64,000 nt of DNA from Lingula anatina (lineage: Eukaryota > Animalia > Brachiopoda). The stretch lies in contig CM120646.1 in NCBI GenBank assembly GCA_051362555.1, forward strand, positions 9,734,001 through 9,798,000, in the 5' to 3' direction. A model generated the notes under the pieces. It did no database searches. It saw nothing but the letters and a program-made list of their open reading frames with translations, and was not told the origin of the DNA. Positions within the stretch are counted from its first letter, which is position 1; every line of letters starts with the position of its first letter. The position numbers and the translations under genes are program-made. Shown in pieces: positions 1 through 64,000 of this stretch.

Positions 1-174
1 GGTTTTGTGGTTAACATGGGTGACAACAGTGTGAGCTTAAGATCTGCAGCTAGTGTTAGATCGCATTCCCACAGAAGGGATACCTGAATGAGTATATAAA
101 TGGTAGTACTATTTTGACAATAGGAAAAGAATATTAAAGAAAAACAGAAAATCAACAATACGTTGCAAATCAAC

Positions 175-331
175 AAGGTGTCATGTACCAAAAAGTCCCC
201 CATCCATTTGTACAGGTAAGACTCGCACTACATGTAGATTTTGACCCACTTAGGTCAGGCTAACCCTTACGATTATAACTATTTGGAGGGCGGACTTTCT
301 GTTACACGGACACTCAGTTTCGTGACACCGG
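175..331. mobile_element. Small degenerate MITE
   Basis: Imperfect inverted ends GGTGTCA..AAAGTCC / GGACTTT..TGACACCGG. Confidence 0.35.
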
Positions 332-672
332 CATATATCTGTCAATGGTAGAAACTGAGATGGTTTGAATTAAAGTCTTCATTCAGTCTTTTACGATAAC
401 GCTCATTAAATTATACGTATCGTTGCGTTTCTTTATTTTACTGTACGAAACAATCGGTATATAAAGCAAAAACAAATGCTGCCACCATCTATCAGTTGTA
501 TGTTTTCTTTATTTCTCCTGACAACTGAAAGTTTTTTTGTACAACCTTCAGGCTAAACTAAGGCTGTAAATGGCTGTAAATCTCTAACTGTAAAACAACC
601 TTCTTCTATCCCGCACCTCTACACTATTCAACTATCCAACTATTCTCCACTATCCCCAACACTATGTAGCTC

Positions 673-675
<3 letters not shown>

Positions 676-736
<61 letters not shown>
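676..736. repeat. (TA)n microsatellite
   Basis: Pure AT dinucleotide run. Confidence 0.98.
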
Positions 737-739
<3 letters not shown>

Positions 740-1419
740 ACAAAAGCTCAAGCACACGCAGCCCGCTCTGTACCCCATTGACGGAAATTTGGATACCACT
801 CCGCAGGGCAGAAATCTGGACAGAGAGCAGAAATCTGTGCGGAAGCCAAGTCTGCGCCTGGCAGAAATCTGGCTGGGAGCCAAATCTGCGCCGCTGACCT
901 AGCTAGCGCGTGCTACCGGCGCGTCAATCCCATGTCCAAAACAATTACAGTCACTGAGATCGAGAACGCAACAGTATAATACGACTGAAAACTGTATCTC
1001 TTAGTCCACATTTGTTTTGTATTTGTTTAGCATAATGCAAATTAATTATTACCGCAAAAACAATTCTCTCTGAAGATTTATTTCCTTTTCGAATGTTGTC
1101 CGACTGTTCACGGTCTGCGTTAGTTAGGTGATTTTATTCCCACATACAATAACATCAGCAATACACATTATCATATACAGGTTTAAACAATATTCTACTA
1201 ATATTTAGTCAAACAAAGTCTTATACATATGCGTGCTTCTGTAATTCGAAGACTAGCGAAAACGTTCTTCAAAAGTGTGTATTGAACGAAACTGATCTGG
1301 GCACTCAGCTGTCAAAGACTACATACTATGTATGCTGTCAAAGACTACATATTCCTCCGTTTGAATCGCACCTCTCAGCAAAATTGAAGTAAATGGAACG
1401 TAGGCTATCCCACCACGGA

Positions 1420-4165
1420 AAATTTTATACAAAATACACATAAATTTGATTCTACTACATTTATCCGAAATAAAAAAGAATTTGTTCCTAAGATTCTATT
1501 GACCAGTCGATATTGAAACCATCTAAGGCTCATATCATCCAACTTCTTAATCGAGTTATTCTTTTCCATCCACTATTTTTCATCGTGGTACACATTCAAC
1601 TCACTTTCCCATTTTATTTCACTTTTTGGTCTAAAATACAAGCTAGTAACAAAGGTATCGTATAGAGGTCTTACTCCCTTTTGATTTCTCATCAGAACTT
1701 CTAGAAATTTTGGTCTAAAGGGAATATTCATATAGATATCAATGTTTTTCTTATTTCTAATCATTTTCTCGATGCACTGTACAATGCCATAAAACATTGT
1801 GAATGGTGGTTAGAAATTAAATTTACTACAAAAATTGGCATAATTTAAACAGTTATTATTTTCATCTACAAAATCAAATACACGAACTATTCCTTTCTCA
1901 TGCCACTTCTTGTAATAAATCGTTTTACTATTGATTTTTATCATATTATTAAACCATACCGCTTGATAAAACTCTAAATCAGCCTTATCAATTATTTGTC
2001 TAAACTGATAGAATGCTCGAAATACATATTTCCAAAATCTATTGGTGGTTTTCTTTTCAATGTGCTTTATATATTCCTGTCCAAAATTCACAAGATCCAT
2101 AAAATTGTATGATAATGTATCTAACAACAATTGATGAAATGATGTTATACTAATACAGCCCATCATTCTTCTCAACCACGAAATTTTCGAGCTATCAATA
2201 AACCATTTGACTGAAATCATACGTAACCCACCATACTGGTAATTTTGAATTAATGTATTTCTTGCTATTCTATCCTTCTTATTGTTCCATATGAAATTGA
2301 AAAATGTACTTTCTAAATCCTTTATATGTTCTTCACTCAAATTAGGTAGGCTTATAAACAGATGTGTTAATTTAGACAGCATTATTGATTTAACTACAGT
2401 AATTTTTCCTGTAACGCTTAATAGTCGCCTTGACCAGGACTTTATCAATTTTTTAATATCTTTTACCTTGTTTTCAAAATTTAATTCAACCATGTTAACC
2501 AAATCTACAGTAAAAATAATTCCAAGAAAAGTAAACGGTTCTTGGGACCATTTGATTCCATAGTTCGCATCAAAATTTCTCACCGTAAATCTCAATGGTC
2601 CAATTTTAATACAGCATGTTTTTTGGTAATTTGGTTTTAAACCGGAAAACTTAGCAAATTGGTCTATTAGTGAAAGTGAGTTTTTTAATGACTTTTCTGT
2701 TCCATCCAATAATATTGCAGTATCATCCGCATACTGCATTATCTTATATTCTTTATTTTTAATTTTAATGCCCTTGACTGTTCTACTTTTTCTAAACATA
2801 GCACCCATTATCTCTACGCATAACAAGAATAAGTATGGTGAGATCGGATCCCCCTGTCTACACCCACGATGTATTTTAAAAAAAGATGAGGCATTGCCAC
2901 CCTGAATCACGCATAGCTTAAAATTAGTAAAAATATATCAATCCACTTCTTTATATTTTCCCCAAAGTTGAAAAAACTTAAGACTTTCCTAATAAAATTC
3001 CAAGATATTGAATTATATGCTTTCTCAAAATCGACCATTAAAACTAGGCCTGGTGCGCTATTTTCATTGCAAACATGTATGATATAAAAGTCTTGTGTTC
3101 TCACCCAAATATCTACCCGCCATAAAACCCTTTTGATTTTCGTGTATTAATTTAGTGAGAAACGGTTTGATTCTGTTAGCAATTATTCTAGATAAAATTT
3201 TGTAAGTGACGTTTAATAGACAGATCGGTCTCCAATTTTTATAAATTCCCTTGGTTTGTCTCCCTTGGGTAGTATTGATATAACACCAAATTTTTGCATT
3301 GGGGAAAGTTCACCTTTTTTAAAGGTCTCAATAAATGATCGATGCAGAAAATCGCCAATGTCAATCCAGAAAATATTTTAAAAATTCAGGAGAAAAGCCA
3401 TCACATCCAGGGACTGAATCATTTTTACATTCTTTTAGAGACCGTAACACCTCATTTTTAGCAATGTTATCTCTAATTTTGATGACTCAAAATTTGATAA
3501 TTTTTGAATTTCTAATCCCTCCATTAATTCATCAATCCCAGCATTCTCCAAACACTGGTCTTGATTGCTATATAAAAATTCATAAAATCGTTTAATTTCA
3601 TTTAGAATTTCTTTTTGGTCCGTAATTACAACTCCATTATCATCAATCAGTTTTGTAATAGTTTTACTTATATAGTTCCTCTTTTCCAGGTTAAGAAAAT
3701 ATTTCGTCGGTTTTTCACCTTGTTCTACCCACCTTGTCAGTAACCCTTTCATTTCAAGCTCCCTTATATTTTTTAGTTGTGTATTAAGCTCTGTTAATTG
3801 TTTTATTCCATTTACATCATTGTTACTGTTAATATCTTCTTGCAATACTTTTATTTGATGTTCAATATTGGCCTTCCGCTTTTTCCTCTGTTTATTCTTC
3901 CATGAACTATGTGATATTGTTATACCTCTAATTTTCATCAGTATAATTTCAAAAAATAAATCATCATCAATATTTAATTGTAATAGTTCATTCGGAATAT
4001 TCACGATACTATCACGCACCACTGGCGTAGGGACATATTCCATTTTTGTTTGCAAAATACAATCTTTAACTTTTTTCACATATTCGTGGTCTTTTAATAA
4101 AGAATTATAAAATTTCCAAAATCCCCTCCCCTTTTCAAAATTAGACATTACTATTCCTAATTCCG
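1420..4165 (-). mobile_element. 5'-truncated, frameshifted L1/Tx1-clade non-LTR retrotransposon ORF2
   Basis: GRGFWKF, EQGEKPTKYFLNLEK, VDFEKAY, RGCRQGDPISPYLF, YADD, GGL, WFQYRLVNRILGTN in successive broken ORFs. Confidence 0.92.
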
Positions 4166-5325
4166 TAAAGTAAACTGTTACCATTCGTGCATGATAACTG
4201 GTTATTCACTGGTACATGGAAGTATCGGCAAGTGTGACCGCCCATCACACAATCCCAGCAGTCGAGTAAAAACTGGCGGCGAATGAGCATGTGTTCGAAC
4301 TTGACATTTTTTCCTCCCATTCCTAATCTGGCATGGTTGATCAACTTTGTTCAGGTGTGGATACGGTGAGCTGAAAACTTGGTTTTTTAATTTCTATTTC
4401 AGACAGCTCTTAGAAGTTCATCTTGTGAGATTTTTTTGTGACCAAATCTTAAACTAAGTTATTTTCACCTCACCTGTGATAAAATTAGACCGAAATACAT
4501 GTAGTGTTTCACCAGCTAGTGATAATATACATAATTCAGGCCTACCCAACTACCAGACTCGGCACACAGGGATCCTGAATTAACCGGTATATCGGACCAC
4601 ACTACCCGTTTTCAAGGTGTGTGTCAGATCTCATTTCGGAGTATCACACCCCAAATTTTGTAGGACGACCGCAGGCTGAAGCACGCTCGACTGTCACCTT
4701 GTTTGGATTGTAAAATTGTCGTAAAATCGCTATATGATTTTAAAACCGGGTGCATAAATTTGAAAACCACCTAGAGCAACCTTAGACTGTAGGCCTACTC
4801 TTACTTTAGAGTACTCTATTTTATTGTCTCTATGCATGGACCGACATTCGGTTTGAATGCTTTAACCACTTTTGATAGGACTTTTTTGCATTGTATTAGA
4901 TTAATGTGATGTAAGCGAGATGGACACATGACATGAGGTTTAATAAGTTCCCAACAAACCTGTTAGAATGAAAAATATGGTAGAAAGAAATGAAAATATA
5001 GCAGGTTTGGATCAAAAGCAGGGCACCTCGTTTCGAAGCAGGAAGAAAAACTATAATACATGTGTATTAGGTGATCATAGGTGCTTTAATAAAAAAAATG
5101 CTTAGTTAATCAACAGATATAAAGAACTATCAAAAATAGAACTTGGGGGTAAACAATGCGGGAAAAAAACATAAGGATCTGAAGAAAAAATTGAAGAATA
5201 GGAGCCTAAAAAGAAAAGAAAAGACTTAAAGCATGAGATTATGGAAAAAGAAACTAAAAGCTGTTTTAGTCTCTCATAACCCTTAGTAGGGTGGGTTCTA
5301 TTTTTTTAACGTGAGACGTTAATAA

Positions 5326-5326
5326 A

Positions 5327-5367
<41 letters not shown>

Positions 5368-5368
5368 G
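5326..5368. repeat. (TTA)n microsatellite
   Basis: Direct observation. Confidence 0.95.
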
Positions 5369-5499
5369 TATCCAGTCCCGTATTACTGATTTGTACAAAT
5401 GGGGCTCATATTATCAAGGTCAACAGAGACATACGAAGAAGAAAGTACATCGGCCCCATCGCCTTTTTACTGAAGTCTTCTTATATAGCATACCCAGTA

Positions 5500-6194
5500 A
5501 TTTACCATTCAAACTTTCAAATATTTCCAATATATTCTTCATAAAGGATCCTTAAAGAAAAGATGTCAGAATGATTATCAAATATCAAATAGATAGCTTT
5601 TTCATAGGGGAGTCATTGGGTGTTAGAATGCAAAACCTTAATTTTTCTTATTTTTCATGTTTTTTTTCACCCAATTTTTTAACCATCAAACTTTCAGGTA
5701 CTTTCAATATCATCTTCATAAAGTATCCTCAAAGAAAAGATGTCAGAATGATCATCAAATATCAAACAAATAGCTTTCTCATAGGGGAGTCATCGGGTGT
5801 TAGAATACAAATCCTTAATTTTTCTTATTTTTTAATGTGTTTTTTTCCACCCAATTTTTTACCATCAAACTTTCAAGTACTTCCAATATAATCTTCATAA
5901 AATTACCTAAAAGGAAAGATGTTGAAATGGTCATCAAGTGTCAAATAAATAGCTTTTTCATAGGGGAGTCCTTGGGTGGTAAAACTCAAATCTTTAATTT
6001 TTTTATTTTTTCATTAAAATTTTCACCTGCAAACTAACAAAAAGTGCCAATGTGTCCTCCATTATGCATACTACAAGATCGTAGTCATTTACTCAAATTA
6101 AATGAGATTTATGAACGTTTTTTTTTAAAGGGGGAATCAAAATTTCATAGGGGGAGTCACATTTTAGGGGAGTCAGATTTTCATGGTACACTGG
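5500..6194. repeat. About 3 tandem copies of a ~179-bp unit, probably internal to a non-autonomous DNA element
   Basis: ACCATCAAACTTTC-like motif at ~5504, 5682, 5861; GGGGAGTC motif recurs to 6194. Confidence 0.8.
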
Positions 6195-6254
6195 GCCTCC
6201 GAGGCCCGGTTTCAGGGTTTACGTAGGGTTCCATTTCCTTGTGGATGAGGGTTA

Positions 6255-6352
6255 AATGAGATCGGAGTTTTTTTTATTTTGAAAAAAAAGAACGCATTAT
6301 TACCTAGGTATACCTTCGAAACTGAAATATTCGATATTCGATGTCAAGTCTG
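6255..6352 (-). mobile_element. Solo left-end fragment of Tc1 family A
   Basis: Reverse complement matches the first ~100 bp of the 48123 element, with flanking TA. Confidence 0.7.
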
Positions 6353-7419
6353 TATTATTTCTGTTTCCATATCGTACTTAAAATTTGGTCTCATTCGACT
6401 TTTGACCCATTTTATTTAAACATCGTCCAATATTACTACGGGTGAAGACATAATAAGGTCGCGCGACAAGGTTATTTTCAGTTGCACCCTGGATTACGCA
6501 CGCTTGCTCCGCAAGGTGTCGCCTGTGGTGGGGGGGCAGCACAGCCCATATGGATACTGTGGCGAAGGTGACAGGTACTTCCAAACATTTTTTCATAACT
6601 GTCATTATTCCTCATTCTATTCACAAATTTGATATTTACGGCAATGGAAAATGTGGCACTGGCAAAAGTGGGTCTTGGTGCGTTGACAGGCCGCACAGGT
6701 GTCCCCAGTCAACCGCCGCCAGAGAAGAGTACCCAAGCATTAAACAACACGACCTGTACATGTAGATATTGGAAATTTGGCGAAAGTTAAGCAACTGAGG
6801 CTTTATTAGATCTGGGCAGAAATCGAGAGGAATGTCCAGTGACAGGCCAAACCCCCAAGTTCAAGTCTTGGCCCTTGACACCAGTAACGCACCCCTTAGT
6901 CAAGAATCTGAACAAATCAACGTTGGGCAGGTATGCACTATTTTCTACAGGCGTTTTGTGATTTTATCAACTTGATTGTCAAGTGCCAGACCTTTTGTTC
7001 CTAGATACTAGTAGCAAACTTTATCAGATAATAATCTGACACTAACCATGCAACCATGCTGCACTAACATCGCTGTAAACCCAGTTATCAATGCTGTCAT
7101 CTTTACCTGTATCATTACCGGTATTATGCCAGTGGTACGTTTGCTACATTTGAGTAAGGAAATATGCTTTGGTGCTTATATTTATTTGTAATACGTTAGC
7201 ATCAACCTGTTAATAAAAATTGGAAACTTTCAATGTTATTACACAATAACAGTATAATGATGGGAGATGTTATGATTAAATGCTTAGAAGAAATAATAAA
7301 AACAGATTATGTGAAATATAAAATGAATTGATTTTATTTGGGTTATTTATTTATTTCAAATCAATTAATTATCAAACATGAAGCTTATTTTTAGAAACAT
7401 TAACAGATATTAATGCAGT

Positions 7420-9252
7420 ATAACCCTGCTGGTACACAGATCTACAGTTCTAAAATGCAAATACCTTTCACACACCACTGATGAAATGTGAATAAAATAT
7501 TAATCATATGTATAAAGTAGTAAAAATATCACAAAATGTGTGTAGGCAAGATATTTCTACAAGTAACCTCATTAATCAGTCAGGAAATAAATCAGTCAAT
7601 AAATGTAGAAATTTGAGCAAAAGAAATTCTACATACAGGCATGACAGATTTACCATATACTGCCACCAACCCTTAACTGAATGGACATAGAAAGAACAAA
7701 ATGAGTCTCCTTCCCATTAAAAATGAATAATAAAAAAATAAATATATAAATAAAAAACAGTGTCATTCTTAATACTGAAAAACAATGGCACCTTGCAGCC
7801 TTCACTGCCTCACTATTTGCAGACAATGCTCTAGTCACTGTAACTGTGTACTTTTGATGAGGCATAGACGCAAGAATAACTCCTTTGAAGTATATTGTGT
7901 AGGTCTCTTTTGTCATAAATCTGTCACGTATAACCTGAATGTACATATTGCGATTCACACCGCAGCAGCTTGTCTTAGTAAGGACTCAACCAGTTGAAAA
8001 CTTGTGGCACAGCTTCAGGGACAAGATCACACCATCTACCATTGCTGTGAAGATGGATCTACTAGTACATTATCTATGTCTTGTCCTCCTAGTTTCTCTA
8101 ATACCATGTCCCCAGATCTATGCTCACATCAATCTCTACAGCTTTACCAACAGCTACACAGTTTTTACATCTGAAAGTATAAGGCCAAAATTGTAATAAA
8201 GCACTATCAATTTACTTGTTATATATTGATTTGAGGGCAAGAGAAAAAGGCAGAGACCTCATATCATAATCAAGATAATTGAAAATCAAATATGCATAAT
8301 CAAATAGCTTTAATTGTACATACTACTGATGATTTAATCTTTTAAACTTCAGCATAAATTTTGACTTTCTCTTGTTAAAGCATAGCCACTTTATCAAAAT
8401 GTGCTTGAACAAATAATAATAATAGTAATAATAAACAGCTTGCACACATGATGGAACATGGAGGTCAATTGCCACAAAATAAGTTGATTTGTACTTGGTA
8501 GCCTGAGAAATAATATCAGGTATTAATTTGAGCAGTAATAATACCACAGAGTTAACAACGACACAAGCATGTGGTGTTATGTAACAAAATTCATGCATTA
8601 CTTGTCCTCCTCAACCTATCGTGCACCGCAGGTTTTGATTTTCAATGTCATCAAAAAATTTTATTGCTTTTAGTTTGATCTATGTATCTGCTATTCAAAT
8701 GATATCGTTTGGAAAATAACTAACTGATTTAATTGTGCTTTTGCAACATGAAATTATCATTAACTTTGCCGGTTCACGTGTACACAGTAGGCCCTACCTT
8801 GCTATCAGTGCTGCTCTTTTCTCCCCACTGACAGGCTAACCACATCGTTTGAAAACAACGTTTGTATGCTCCTTTACTTTTGGTGTTGGCAGTTTCGCCC
8901 CGGGGACATCGTCTTCGGTTAAAAACAACGTATCGTTTTCACCCATCTTTGCATTGCTCCTGTACAAAATGTCCGCTTGCTGCCCCCCAAGGGAAAAATC
9001 GTAGTTACGCAAGACCTGTGACGTATAACGCGCGTAAGGTTATTGCGATTTTGGTTTAAAAACTGAAAATCGGTTTCTCAAATTTCTTTTGTATCTGAGC
9101 ACCCACGATCACCGTTTTAACGTCTTTTAATGACACCATTTAGTACGCCAAAACCCTGCCCATAAAAACATTAAACAACATCAAATTATCTGAAGAATTG
9201 CGTTTTATTGAGTTAATTTCCTCAAACAATGCCTCAAATTTGGCCTCTTTAA
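7420..9252 (-). mobile_element. Decayed SAP-SWIM protein gene, probably a Kolobok-type DNA transposon accessory gene
   Basis: 8798-8946 reads MGENDTLFLTEDDVPGAKL..KR..G*PVS..KRAALIAR followed by a GT donor; ~7785-7900 reads YFKGVILASM..KYTVTV..VKAARCHC; TTAA|AG end at ~9250. Confidence 0.5.
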
Positions 9253-9569
9253 ACTTTACCTCACTTTCCTAAGACGTCATGCAGTGTCTTCTAATACTTT
9301 TATGTTTAGAACATTCCTTCCTATAAATCTTGTAGGTACCATCTTTACCAAAGGACATGTGACAAAATTTATGTAATATATATACACCATAGCAGTTAAA
9401 TTCTTGAGTATTAGTTTGGTATAAATACATTTGCACATTCAAGCAAAATCCAGCCTCACCGGTAGTCGTCTGGCAAAGACCGTGCTGTTTATCAAACTTG
9501 ACTCTACATAGCGCACACCGCACATCAGTGCTGTTTTTGCTCTGTTCTCTGGGTTGAATATATACACTA

Positions 9570-10863
9570 CAGAGTTAATACTTAATATGGAATATTTTTT
9601 ATCATTGTTACTTTTGAGTGCAAGTTTTTTGGCTTCATTTATCAAAAAAAAAAGTCATTCGGGGATAAAAAAAAATCCAGTCTTCTATTGTGAGATATTT
9701 TGGTAAATAATATCAAATATGACTTACCACCAGGGTACAGGACCCACTGTCTTTCAGGATATGCTATTGCAACTAAACAAAAACCACCCAGTCCGTTCAG
9801 AATGAGGGGTAAATTGCCACCAAAACGCATATTTCAAGGCCCTTAGCGAACACCAAACTGGTTTTAGCAGGTTAGAATACCAGACGACCACCGAAGAACC
9901 CACTGTAAACAGCAAAACATCTAATCGTTGTATGTTTCTCTAATGAATTGGGGATCATGACCGTTTCTGGGCTGAACACTGAAACCTCGTAACTTTCTTT
10001 ATTGAGGTCAGATTTCACCTGTACCGCTCAACTAGACAAAACAGAGTTTACATACATCCAGAAGAGGCCAACGTCTAAAGTGTGTGCCGCGTCTAAAGTG
10101 ACTTAGGTCAATAACAGTGTCAATATTTGGAGTAGATACCACAGTGGTGCCAAAACAACAATGGCAGTCATCAACGAAAACCTGAACCAGATCAAATAAA
10201 GGAATAATCTGGGAACCACTTGACTATCATTTGATAGGGGGCACCTTAGGAACAATTTTGTGAGATTGCCGGTTCACACAGAGCACTTTTAGTAGCAGAT
10301 TACTTACAGAACCAAGGGAATGAGCAGCTACCTTGGTCATCAAAACCGCCATACATGGGTAGACCATTACTCGCCCAATCAATGGTCTACATGATCGCCA
10401 ACAAAACTGGACCAAATTGGACAGATTTTGACCGATGCCCTGAATGTTATTCCAGGTAATTTAATTGAACTCTAAAAACCTATCCCAAGGAATGCCTTGC
10501 CACTTGAGAGCGCTGGTAGCAGCGCTGGAAGTCAGGCGTAGCAGCGACCGTTACTGTGACAAGACACTGACATGAGGGTCCTTTGTGGAGCGTGTAACTC
10601 TTTTACAGAGAATAATTTGGAAAATATTGGGATCCAAAATATGTATTTTAATGGTTGTCGTATGAAGTAGAATAGGCAATGTGTTTTTGTTTGCTTCTCT
10701 GGCGAATTCCATTAATGAACTGATGTCACAATGACATCAAAGAGATAATTAAAAGTTATTAGAAGACGATTCTAATCCTTATTTTCATTTATCAGTCAGC
10801 AAAATAGGAAAAAACTGATGAAAATGATTTGGAAAAAATATTCCATATTAAATGTCAAGTCTG
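9570..10863 (+). mobile_element. Internally deleted Tc1/mariner element (family A)
   Basis: TA-flanked TIRs (CAGAGTTAATACTTAATATGGAATATT / AATATTCCATATTAAATGTCAAGTCTG); colinear with 48620-49750. Confidence 0.85.
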
Positions 10864-11421
10864 TATTTTGTAGAAATGTACTTGCCAAAAATAATATTCC
10901 ACATTAAGTATTAACCCTGTATATACACAGTCGTATATATCTAGGATAGGTCTTAGGTACATGGGTTTCCTTACTACAATATAGCTAAGGGTAATTTAAT
11001 TCAAATACCAGAATCAAGTCACCAAACTAATTTCACCGCCTCTCCTTTGGTATACAAAATGCGATATTAACACGTATCAAATATGTTGGACTAATTTTGA
11101 CTTGCAAGTGTTGGCGACAGGGACATGGGCATCAATGTGCAAGTAAGCCTTCAATCTGCTCAGATATGTCAAACACGGAAAATATGCCCAAAAGTCTTAC
11201 AGTTTGCTGACAATCATCACAATGATATTTTCCTCTTCGGTATCCTGAAATTATATCTGTCGTCGTGTGTGTTAATGTGCCTGTACGTGGCCATTCAACA
11301 GATGAATCGCCATACGTCTTTTGAAACCACGTCAACCGAATTATACAACATATACATTGTCCAATTACGTTATCCTTATACTTGAAGAATCTAATCTTTT
11401 TCCTCGAGAATCAACGAGTTA

Positions 11422-13068
11422 CACTGATGCTAATAAGTTAAGCTTCACTCCGATTTTTTCAAAAGTTTCTTCTATCATGATCATTATTTCATTTGTTGGT
11501 GGGATTATTTCTTTCATATTTTACAAATAACTTATTCACGTTGAATATTTCGGTTAAAGAAATACAGCACATAGCTTATTGTAATAATCAACATAACTTT
11601 ATTAACCAAACGGTACTAAAATATGCCAAACCATGTGTCAAAAAAGTATGCTCACACAGCAAAAAGTACGAGCTGATGAAAACAGCTTATTATGAAAAAA
11701 TAAGTTCAATCATCTAAGAATTAGTTTTAATAAAAGAAGACTGTAGATAATAGATGATTTATCGTCTATTATGCAATTAATATCGGGCGTGCCTTCCCTG
11801 GTTTGAACAACAGCTTCACTTTGTCTCCTGCAACTTGCCACCAAATTCTGCCAATCTTGCTTTGGGAGCCGGTTCCATTCTTCATTTACTGCCAGTGACC
11901 TTTCTAATGTTTCTACTGGAGGTTGTCTCTCTTTTACTGCCCTGTCAATCATATGCTAAGCATGTTCAATTACATTGAGAATTGGTAAATATGCAGGCCA
12001 ATCCAAATGTGGGATACCGTGCTGTTGCAGCGCGTCTTGCTTGGACCGTGCTTTCTGGATGGGCGCATAGTCCTGCACCAAAATGATTTTTCTTCCTGGA
12101 TTTGCTTGAATTTGTGATTGTATACGCCCCAATGGTATCTCGTCTCTGTATTGTTGACCAGGGTACCTCCCTTGAATGACGTACAGTGGCAATTTTTCAT
12201 CATATGAGAAACCGCACCATACTATGACGGATACTCCTCCACCCTGAACACGCAGAAGAACACAATCATCCTGAAACGCTTGGTTTGGACGTCTCCAGAC
12301 GCCTAGCCGACCATCTGCATACATCAAAGTGAATCTGGTCTCAGTCCACAGAACCTTTCGCCCAGTCCTGAGATTCCATCTTTCTCGGTATCTGGCTCAT
12401 GTCAATCTAATTTGCTTGTGTCTGTTGGTCAACTGTGGCTTTTGACGAGGTCTTTTAGATGGAAGTTCAGCTTCTAAAAGATGCCTGTTGACTGTTTTCC
12501 TTCTGATATGAGCCCTTCCTAATCCAGGCCAGATGTTCCTCAGTTGTTTGGCCCATATGAACTGGTCCTGGTGGCATAATCGAACCAGATATATTCATCT
12601 CTTGCGTCGGTTAATACTGTTTTACCAGAAAGAGGCTTGTCCAATACATGATGAGTTTGGCACCGTTTTGCTACCAGCTTGGACACTTGACTTGGAGCTA
12701 CTTTTTTATTGCCTTGCAATCTGTCTCTTTGGCACCACAGCACGATGGCTTCCCATTATTTGCCAGCTGATTACCTCGTTGAGTCCTCTTCTAACTATTG
12801 GTTGGTCCAAAATAACAAATTGTGCCCATGAAACTAGCCAAACTGGAAGCTCCTCATGGCATGGCCAAACTGTTTTTCGCAAGTGGCACCCACATTGCAT
12901 ATTTTACCGTGTCCAACAGTAAATAGTACTCTAATGTCACGGTCCAGTAAGTCAAAGTAAAAACAAGAGAAATATCTAGCTACTGTACAAAATTTGCCTG
13001 AATAAAAATTTTGGTTGCTGAGAAATTCGAGAAATTAGAAAGTGTTGCTTAACTTATGAGCATCAGTG
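11422..13068 (-). mobile_element. Full-length degenerate Tc1 element (family B)
   Basis: TA|CACTGATGCT.ATAAGTTAAGC TIRs at both ends; transposase relics VLWTETRF, VQDYAP, WPAYLPILNVIEHA. Confidence 0.92.
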
Positions 13069-13255
13069 TAAGTACTTCATTTTCCAGTATATAGAACTAA
13101 AATGGACAAGAACTATTCACTGCCCACAAAGTAATTTTAGGCTTTGTCTTGAATAATTATCTTAATTTTGATCAGAAATGATATGATGTTCGTTCAGGTT
13201 AAGGCCCGTATGTTGGGTACTTCCCCATAAACTGTAGCTCTTCTTGGCCAGGACG

Positions 13256-64000
<50,745 letters not shown>

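Noticed and set aside
1-83. Possible minus-strand exon of a neighbouring gene (VSLLWECDLTLAADL...)
   Set aside because: An acceptor and an open frame exist, but it is short, truncated by the window edge and has no recognisable domain.
662-883. ORFs with IYIYIY or poly-Ile tracts (also 40535-40747, 46976-47185)
   Set aside because: Microsatellite translations.
2282-4110. Plus-strand ORFs overlapping the Tx1 element (likewise 23067-24034 and 42643-43345)
   Set aside because: Antisense shadows of retrotransposon coding sequence.
6195-6225. GGGCCTCCGAGGCCC hairpin as a second hammerhead
   Set aside because: Resembles stem II but lacks CUGANGA and a correctly placed GAAA on either strand.
6640-6935. 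GC-richer plus-strand segment with short open frames and a CAG|GTATG donor
   Set aside because: No recognisable protein motif or partner exons; probably TE debris.

Overview
AT-rich animal genomic DNA, most consistent with a marine invertebrate (inferred from the repeat families and domain content). It is not prokaryotic and has no operons, rRNA or CRISPR arrays. The main feature is one minus-strand multi-exon gene, reconstructed by hand as 28 phase-consistent exons from the window edge (64000) to a TAA stop at 13256. These give at least 1536 aa, and the gene continues 5' beyond the window. The architecture is [unrecognised Cys-containing domain]-SRCR-SRCR-MAM-SRCR-MAM-SRCR-MAM-MAM-SRCR-chitin-binding (peritrophin-A/CBM14)-C-type lectin, with no transmembrane segment in the visible part. 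One intron appears to use a GC donor. Four introns (5.5-10.8 kb) and the downstream flank are filled with nested, mostly decayed transposons. These include Tx1/L1, RTEX with an SGNH-esterase ORF1, L2/CR1, DIRS-type, several Tc1/mariner copies, Helentron-type non-autonomous elements (one carrying a 146-bp satellite), MITEs, a SINE and a SAP-SWIM (Kolobok-like) relic. A complete minimal type I hammerhead ribozyme core lies at about 45708-45744. All coordinates were read by eye and may be off by a few bases. Family names rest on motif recognition, not database searches.
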